In this document: positions 39,015-44,882 of the stretch, piece after piece
Numbering within the stretch: the first letter of the stretch is position 1
Layout of the letters: each line of letters begins with the position of its first letter
Source of the DNA: a virus
Taxonomy: Duplodnaviria > Heunggongvirae > Uroviricota > Caudoviricetes
Strand: one strand, 5' to 3'
Virus record (IMG/VR): IMGVR_UViG_2872678658_000005
Location: 1 to 44,882 of that record
Length of the DNA stretch: 44,882 nt
Notes under the pieces: model-generated
Database searches by the model: none
The model's input: the letters and a program-made list of their open reading frames with translations, nothing else
Told to the model about the DNA's origin: nothing
Position numbers and translations under genes: made by a program

Positions 39015-39292
39015 AAGATTTAACACTCAAATTTGCAGACAGGGCCGACTTTTCGGCCTTTATGGAGAGTATTGGCTATTATGATGACGAGTCGATGCAG
39101 GATGATATTCTTATTGACGTGATAGGTAACGTGTACAAAGAAACCGGAGAACTGACTGAAGATGGCGAACCGGTATGTGTTAAGGAAGACGGATATTTTG
39201 TAAACGTGCGCATCATTAATGATGTAAAAAAATCGTCAATATTCGATAAATACGCGGTTGTTGTTGAGCATCAACTTCGTGGCTGGATGTGA
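39011..39292 (+). CDS. hypothetical acidic protein (93 aa)
   Basis: ORF overlapping the stf stop; AT-rich; no motif recognised. Confidence 0.5.
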   Translation: MKDLTLKFADRADFSAFMESIGYYDDESMQDDILIDVIGNVYKETGELTEDGEPVCVKEDGYFVNVRIINDVKKSSIFDKYAVVVEHQLRGWM

Positions 39293-39301
39293 GGGAGACA
39301 A

Positions 39302-40003
39302 ATGGCTACATCGACAGTAATTCCAGGAGATATCACCACGCTAAAGGGAGATGTCAGTAAAACTAAGGAAGATATTTCCTCAATTAACGGAAAAGTATCA
39401 ACGCTTCAGACTGATATGACCAGTGCAAAGCAGGATATCAGCACCAGATACACAAAAACTGAAGTTGATAATAAGCTGAAAAACAAACTGGAAGTGAACG
39501 ATCTGGAAAGCGGTCGTTATGGTGGAGATTTTTACCCGTTGACTGGCCGTGAAGCGTTTTATATGTGGGGATTGGGCACGACTACAGCGGCGGCAAACCT
39601 TTATCTTAATCCTGACCCTGCAATTTCGTCTGTACTGCGGTCAACATCGTCTATTCGCTATAAACATTCAGTAGAGACGATAGATTCAGAGCACGCCGAT
39701 CTCATTTTCAGGATGCGCCCTGTGTGGTACAGGTCGCAATGCGAAAATGACAGGCGTGACTGGGGATTCTACGGATTGATTGCCGAGGAAGTAGGAGAAA
39801 TTGCCCCTCAGTTTGTACACTGGCGACCAGCTAACGAAGATGATGCACCGGAAGCTATTTCCAGCAATGGCCTTGTTGCCGAAGGTGTAATGTACGAACG
39901 TCTGGTTGTTCCACTGATTCACCATATCCAGAAACTGACAGAAAGAGTTGATGAACTTCAGTCAGAATTAAAGTTGTTATCAACTTCCCGAAACGATATC
40001 TGA
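39302..40003 (+). CDS. short fibre-like protein with C-terminal intramolecular chaperone (Peptidase S74-like) domain (233 aa)
   Basis: N-terminal coiled-coil (TLKGDVSKTKEDISSINGKVSTLQTDMTSAKQDIS); C-terminal region with SSIRYK (Ser...Lys), RPVWYR and GFYGLIAEEVGEIAPQFV...LVVPLIHHIQKL resembles the self-cleaving chaperone of endosialidase and tail-fibre proteins. Confidence 0.6.
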   Translation: MATSTVIPGDITTLKGDVSKTKEDISSINGKVSTLQTDMTSAKQDISTRYTKTEVDNKLKNKLEVNDLESGRYGGDFYPLTGREAFYMWGLGTTTAAANLYLNPDPAISSVLRSTSSIRYKHSVETIDSEHADLIFRMRPVWYRSQCENDRRDWGFYGLIAEEVGEIAPQFVHWRPANEDDAPEAISSNGLVAEGVMYERLVVPLIHHIQKLTERVDELQSELKLLSTSRNDI

Positions 40004-40016
40004 TAAAGGAGGAGTA

Positions 40017-40304
40017 ATGGATATAAGCCCCTTACTTCATGCACTTTGTGCTGTGGCTGCGCAGGTACTGGTTGGTCTTTTTACCGGAAACTGGGCTTAC
40101 GGTGCGATAGCTGGTTGTACGTTCTTCATCGCTCGTGAACATACCCAGGCAGAATATCGCTGGATTGAAATGTTCGGGCATGGCAAGCGAATGAATATGC
40201 CGTGGTGGGGCGGTTTTGATCCGCGTGCTTGGGATGTGGCAAGCCTGATGGATTTTGCTGTGCCGGTGGTGGCGTGTCTGCTGGTCTGGCTGTTGATCCG
40301 TTAA
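40017..40304 (+). CDS. small inner-membrane protein (95 aa)
   Basis: Two predicted TM segments; the 3' 120 bp has an about 85% identical paralogous fragment outside attR at about 43862-43984. Confidence 0.55.
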   Translation: MDISPLLHALCAVAAQVLVGLFTGNWAYGAIAGCTFFIAREHTQAEYRWIEMFGHGKRMNMPWWGGFDPRAWDVASLMDFAVPVVACLLVWLLIR

Positions 40305-40312
40305 GCATAAGA

Positions 40313-40348
40313 ATCCGCAGTGTCTTGCCATGACAAGTTACTGCGGAT
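40313..40348. repeat. perfect 9-bp inverted repeat hairpin
   Basis: ATCCGCAGT-(18 nt, itself containing CTTG..CAAG)-ACTGCGGAT just after the membrane protein gene. Confidence 0.4.
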
Positions 40349-40499
40349 GGCTGGTGAACTTCCGATAGTGCAAGTATTGAATGATTGCCAGTCACAGCGG
40401 ATTGTACTTAGGTAATATGACGGTTCAAGGCGTTTAAACTGAAACCATCCACATATCAGTCTCTTCAAACATTTCCTAAATCGTTCGGCTTATCTGTTC

Positions 40500-40969
40500 T
40501 TTCTCACGTTTGCTGACGTCAGTGCTGATTGCCGGCAGTGTCATCATCGGTTTTACACGATACCCTTTGCGTTGAACGAGTCGTACTACTGTAACAGCGC
40601 GTCGGTGAAGCTGCTCATCCCGACACAGGACAGTCGGGATATCATTGCAGTAGCAACGGGGAGTCTGGATGCAATATGGAAAGACGGACACCGATATCAG
40701 AAAGCCGGGGTAATGCTGGGGGACTTCTTCAGTCAGAGCATGCCCTAACCTATTCGACGATAACGCGCTGGGTCCTGGGAGCGAAAAGTTAATGAGCGTG
40801 CTGGAGCACCTCAACGCAAAAGACGGGAAGGAAACACTCTGTTTCGCTGGGCAGGGCATTCAGCAGCAGTGGCAGATGAAACGCGAGATATTTTCGCACC
40901 GGTATACAACTAGATTTTCTGGCATTTTAGGTGGTTAGATAGATATTTATGCTCTACGCAATGAATATG
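40500..40969 (+). pseudogene. 5'-truncated, frameshifted umuC-like (Y-family polymerase) fragment
   Basis: Across two or three frames the translation reads ...SVKLLIPTQDSRDIIAVATGSLDAIWKDGHRYQKAGVMLGDFFSQ / NLFDDNALGPGSEKLMSVLEHLNAKDGKETLCFAGQGIQQQWQMKREIFSHRYTTR..., matching the UmuC C-terminal region; no start codon or N-terminal polymerase domain. Confidence 0.6.
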
Positions 40970-40975
40970 AGAGAA

Positions 40976-41641
40976 TTAATTGTCTAAGCTGGTATAATAT
41001 GAATAAAGGCTTTTTCCCATTATTTTCTCTAAATCCTTTTTGTTTCTAAAGAAAATGTTTGAGATATGCTGATGATAATACTTTATAATGATTCTCATCA
41101 GCGCCGATACTACCTCATGAAGTTTTTTCACCATTTTATGCTGTGTTGAATTACAATCTCCCTCCATAAGTGATATAAATGTTGATGTAACATTTAGGTT
41201 CGCTTGGGGGGAGGAGTGAACATAATAACAGGCGTTAATATAGACATTATGTAAATAAGACCAGCCTTCATCGACTTGTTGGGCTTTTAAGAAGTCAAAG
41301 TCTCTACGACGTACAGTTTGGTCAAAATCCCCACCATTGTAGTTCTTATTGAGGCTTATTCTGGCCACATGCTCCACCATTGAGCGGAAGTTCAGTTGGA
41401 GATACCGTTCTCTTTTTTTTATAATGGCAATTAAGGAGTTTAAGGTATCATATATAAAACCTTTTATATAAGAAGAGTGATTTAGATTAGGATTGTGACT
41501 TAAAATTGTATTACAAAGACTTATTTGCCTAAATATTGATACTGATTTGTTTATTTCATCAGTGGTTCTGAGGTGCTTTTGCACCTCCGCTCTAAAATAA
41601 TTTACATCTCTTCCAATGTTGAAGGGATCCTGCGTGAGCAT
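40976..41641 (-). CDS. hypothetical protein (221 aa), third gene of the AT-rich operon
   Basis: Start overlaps the stop of the upstream gene (TAATG); no domain recognised; contains RSMVEH and RIIIKYYH (Rx4-6H-like) stretches. Confidence 0.6.
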   Translation of the reverse strand: MLTQDPFNIGRDVNYFRAEVQKHLRTTDEINKSVSIFRQISLCNTILSHNPNLNHSSYIKGFIYDTLNSLIAIIKKRERYLQLNFRSMVEHVARISLNKNYNGGDFDQTVRRRDFDFLKAQQVDEGWSYLHNVYINACYYVHSSPQANLNVTSTFISLMEGDCNSTQHKMVKKLHEVVSALMRIIIKYYHQHISNIFFRNKKDLEKIMGKSLYSYYTSLDN

Positions 41642-42039
41642 TATTCTTCTTCCTTTTTATTTGCATTAATCCAAATATTTAAATTCCTTATAGCATGCTT
41701 GCTTTTAGATGTGGATTTTTGGCTTGTTTTATTTGCATCATTAAAAATAATGTCTAATGTGTTAATGTTGTTTAAGAAATGCGTATAAGCCATCTTTATG
41801 TCATTCTCACTTAATTCATTAATATGTTTGCAAATTTTAGCGCACATCAAAGTTCTTGACCGTACAGCATAATTCAAAAAAGATATTTTGAAGGTTTTGT
41901 TAATAAATTTACTAACATCAAAATTTGATCTAAAAACCTCTTTTGAAAGAATCAACATAATTACCAAGCCTAAGAAGTTTTCTTTGGTCATGGGCATATT
42001 GTTAGCTTTATTGATCGCTTTAATTAATTGTTTATTCAT
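41641..42039 (-). CDS. hypothetical protein (132 aa), second gene of the AT-rich operon
   Basis: Overlaps the ParA-like gene stop by 8 nt; hydrophobic segment FLGLVIMLILS; Lys-rich C-terminus. Confidence 0.6.
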   Translation of the reverse strand: MNKQLIKAINKANNMPMTKENFLGLVIMLILSKEVFRSNFDVSKFINKTFKISFLNYAVRSRTLMCAKICKHINELSENDIKMAYTHFLNNINTLDIIFNDANKTSQKSTSKSKHAIRNLNIWINANKKEEE

Positions 42040-42877
42040 TTGTGTTACCTTCCAAGTGAGCCACTCTGTTAATAAATTCGTTACAGATCTTTTCTATATC
42101 TTGGCGTGACTTTGAATAACAAGAAGGAATATTTCCTTGATAACCTACCATTAAATCACGCACGTAGGTTAATTGATTTTCAAAGAAATAAAAATTTGTA
42201 AATTGAGTATGGTTTTCGAATTGTTCTTTAATTTCCCTTGTTTTATTGGTCATTTCAGCATCAGTGTTTGTATAAATGTAACCGACTTGCTTGATTTCTT
42301 TCTCATGATGTGTGCGCATATTTCTTATAACGCTATTTAAACTGCTTGCTCCAAGCACCGAGTAGTGATCAATTTTAACCGGAGTAAGATAATAATCAGA
42401 AGCAAGGAGTGCGGTATCTGTAAATAATGATATTGTTGGGGGGCTATCGATAAAGATATAGTCGTAACTTTCTTTTAAGTCATTTTCGGTGATGAATTTA
42501 CGCAACATTTTTATTCTAATACCCTCTTGGTTAGTATCAAAGATAATGTTTATATCACCTAAGATAATATCAAGATTGTCTGAAACTTTAGTAATGACCT
42601 GTTCTGGTGTCACTTTCTTTTCATCTTCCATTAATGAATTTGGAAGCTCAAAAATCTTTCGAATGGTTTGATTATTAGGGCGAAGGGCAGTCATATATTC
42701 TTCTACTCGATCATAATGCCCCATTAAGGACTGAGTGGCATTAAATTGAGGATCAATATCGATAACTAGAACCTTGTGCCCCATATGGTTGGCTAAAAAC
42801 TCAGCAATCCCAACGCATAAAGTTGTTTTACCAACCCCACCTTTCATATTGATAAAACTAATTACTGGTGCAGTCAT
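42032..42877 (-). CDS. ParA/MinD-family P-loop ATPase (281 aa)
   Basis: Deviant Walker A KGGVGKTT near the N-terminus, DIDPQ and IFIDSPP motifs; AAGGA RBS; palindromic operator-like sites (GTGAA-N5-TTCAC, ATGC-N5-GCAT) in its upstream region. Confidence 0.8.
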   Translation of the reverse strand: MTAPVISFINMKGGVGKTTLCVGIAEFLANHMGHKVLVIDIDPQFNATQSLMGHYDRVEEYMTALRPNNQTIRKIFELPNSLMEDEKKVTPEQVITKVSDNLDIILGDINIIFDTNQEGIRIKMLRKFITENDLKESYDYIFIDSPPTISLFTDTALLASDYYLTPVKIDHYSVLGASSLNSVIRNMRTHHEKEIKQVGYIYTNTDAEMTNKTREIKEQFENHTQFTNFYFFENQLTYVRDLMVGYQGNIPSCYSKSRQDIEKICNEFINRVAHLEGNTNE

Positions 42878-43424
42878 TTTTTCATCCTTAATTATGTAGT
42901 GTGAAATAGATTCACTATGCTGAAAGCATTTTTTAGCTTAATTTTTATACTGCGCGTTGACTTATCACCCTATCATATATGATTTTTAGGTGTTGCATAG
43001 ACTGGTTTTATATCAGGGGCTTAGGTTGTATGTGGCGTCACAGAATCACTAATCATTGAACTTTGTACATGTAACGGTCAGGTTAAATAATATATAATGG
43101 GTTGTTAAGTTGGCTCTCTGATTCCTGATGCCCCAAGGACGCGCGTCATTGCGTGCCAGATTAACTTTTCGGCGGGCACAGTGCTATCGGCAATTATTTC
43201 CTCAGCCTCTTTCCCGCATAGGTCTTGGCGCATCCATTTTCTTGCTATGAAATCTCCAGCCGGTCAGACTGAAAGTATAGAAGAGAATATGCGAATCGCT
43301 GTTCCGGTGTTTCTGGGAGAGCTTATGTCGGAGTAATTCCCCGGTAATTGAATCTCTTTTGCTCGCTCATAACAGACATTCACTACAGTTATGGTAGAAA
43401 GTATGTATGCTGATTGGGGAAAGT

Positions 43425-43559
43425 GTGAAAGAAAAGAAGACTGCTGCGCTGTTTGTCGTCACGTTTATCTTCATTGGCTATGCAAGTCATAATACAAGGT
43501 GGGACAAAACTGAGACACATAAGGCCTCACAATGGCTTGCAAGGCTTTACATGTTTTGA
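43425..43559 (+). CDS. possible small hydrophobic peptide (44 aa)
   Basis: GTG-initiated ORF with GGGGA upstream and a hydrophobic core; below the ORF-track size cutoff; coordinates counted by eye. Confidence 0.2.
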   Translation: MKEKKTAALFVVTFIFIGYASHNTRWDKTETHKASQWLARLYMF

Positions 43560-43624
43560 TGTGGTGGGACGTGTGAGCACAGTGTTGATGGGGTAATACT
43601 TTGAATTAGAAGCGGATTCTTATA

Positions 43625-43687
43625 ATTCGTAATGCGAAGGTCGTAGGTTCGACTCCTATTATCGGCACCATTTAAATCAATAAGTTA
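43625..43687 (+). repeat. attR core (partial thrW 3' copy)
   Basis: Second copy of the 63-bp repeat; the tRNA 5' half is absent, so the intact thrW is the attL copy. Confidence 0.8.
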
Positions 43688-43815
43688 TCTCACATTTAAG
43701 TAAACTACGTTCTCCTCTTGTGCCTTTGATTTTGCTCGCGTGCGCGGTGAAATGCCTGACTGAAAGGTGAGCATATCGACGAACCATTTCGAGAGTTTCC
43801 CATCTGCTCATTTTT
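43688..43815 (-). pseudogene. integrase 3'-end remnant outside attR
   Basis: AAGGTGAGCATATCGACGAACCATTTCGAGAG matches the int 3' end at about 1565-1605 (35 of 39 nt); reads ...[13 protein letters not shown]... on the minus strand with no upstream gene body. Confidence 0.55.
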
Positions 43816-43861
43816 AAGTGCAAGCAGGAAAACACCGGACTAAACCAATCAGCTGTTCGAA

Positions 43862-43984
43862 AATGGCAAGCGGATTAATATGCCATGGCGGGGCAGCTTT
43901 GAGCCGCACGCATGGGGTGTGGCAAGCCTGATGGATTTTGCTGTGCCTGTGGTGGCGTGTTTGCTGGTTTGGCTGTTGGTTAAA
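43862..43984 (+). pseudogene. 3' fragment paralogous to the 40017-40304 membrane protein gene
   Basis: About 85% identical to 40180-40304 (...NMPWRGSFEPHAWGVASLMDFAVPVVACLLVWLL...); no 5' part. Confidence 0.5.
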
Positions 43985-44267
43985 CGCGAAAGTCATAATG
44001 CCAGGGGAATACCGCAGGGTGTTCAGGTTTTGCATAAAAAAGCCCACCATTAAGGTGGGCAAAAGGAATGATTTATATTCTCTGAGAGAAACATTACATT
44101 TCTCCTTGTCACTTCTAACATAAAAATATGGAGAAATAATGGAGCTTATATTAATTGGCGATTAGGTAACCATGTGGTTATACAAAACAATACAGTTCTT
44201 TACATTTGCCTTGTTTTATGAATACTCCTGAAGAGGTGTACAACATAATTAAACAAACAGGGTAAAT

Positions 44268-44882
44268 ATGAATATATTTGAACAAACTCCACCGAACCGC
44301 AGACGTTATGGTCTTGCTGCATTCATTGGGCTGATTGCTGGCGTTGTTTCCGCATTTGTGAAGTGGGGGGCTGAAGTTCCATTGCCGCCACGTAGCCCGG
44401 TGGATATGTTTAATGCAGCGTGTGGTCCGGAATCATTAATCAGGGCTGCTGGGCAAATTGATTGCTCCCGTAATTTTCTCAATCCTCCGTATATTTTTCT
44501 TCGAGACTGGCTGGGGCTGACAGATCCCAATGCGGCTGTTTATACCTTTGCCGGGCATGTCTTTAACTGGGTTGGTGTTACGCACATTATCTTTTCGATA
44601 GTGTTTGCTGTCGGTTATTGTGTGGTCGCTGAAGTATTTCCAAAAATTAAACTCTGGCAGGGCTTACTGGCAGGTGCTTTAGCCCAACTTTTTGTTCATA
44701 TGATTTCATTCCCTCTCATGGGACTGACGCCACCTCTGTTTGATCTCCCGTGGTATGAGAATGTTTCTGAAATTTTTGGACATTTAGTCTGGTTCTGGTC
44801 CATTGAAATTATTCGCAGAGATTTACGAAACAGAATTACTCATGAGCCAGACCCTGAGATCCCTTTAGGCTCAAACAGATAA
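44268..44882 (+). CDS. yagU: inner membrane protein YagU (DUF1440, complete, 204 aa)
   Basis: Translation [34 protein letters not shown]... recognised as E. coli YagU; TAA stop at the last base of the window. Confidence 0.9.

Larger units (their letters stand above)
1399..43687. mobile_element. mosaic lambdoid prophage (about 42.3 kb) integrated in thrW
   Basis: Bounded by a 63-bp direct repeat; integrase adjacent to attL; complete immunity, replication, lysis, packaging, head and tail modules between the repeats; host genes proA and yagU flank it. Confidence 0.85.

Noticed and set aside
40476-40859. 127-aa minus-strand ORF
   Set aside because: Lies antisense across the umuC-like fragment; the plus strand carries the recognisable (if frameshifted) UmuC C-terminal reading.
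43814-44062. 82-aa minus-strand ORF outside attR (and its paralogue 40032..40331)
   Set aside because: Both are antisense readings of the membrane protein gene and its duplicated fragment; the sense strand encodes a plausible two-TM protein.
1-44882. Insertion sequences or transposase genes
   Set aside because: No transposase-like ORF or terminal inverted repeats of IS type were seen; module boundaries appear to be recombinational.

Overview
The window is an Escherichia coli chromosomal segment running from proA (1-1254) and the tRNA-Thr gene thrW (1369-1444) to yagU (44268-44882), with a roughly 42 kb mosaic lambdoid prophage integrated into the 3' end of thrW. A 63-bp direct repeat marks the prophage ends (attL about 1399-1461, attR about 43625-43687). 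Left to right it carries a P22-type integrase and excisionase, a YfdPQRST-like early-left operon, a CI/Cro immunity switch, a replication and nin-like region (Rha, O-like initiator with iterons, PerC-like protein, Dam-like methyltransferase, LexA-N-domain protein, RusA, KilA-N, DUF968, Q antiterminator), an antisense AT-rich lipoprotein moron, a second methyltransferase, a phage-21-type lysis cassette, and a lambda-like packaging, head and siphovirus tail module (Nu1/A-like terminase through J and a side tail fibre). The most interesting part is the cargo region between the tail fibre and attR: a small fibre-like protein with a self-cleaving chaperone domain, a membrane protein, a frameshifted umuC fragment, and an AT-rich three-gene operon encoding a ParA/MinD-type ATPase with two proteins I cannot assign, which I flag as a candidate undescribed accessory or defence module. 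Beyond attR lies a decayed remnant of an earlier integration. All calls rest on reading the supplied ORF translations and the sequence by eye; no searches were run, and coordinates of hairpins, repeats and operators are approximate (about +/-2 nt). No rRNA, CRISPR array or IS element was seen.
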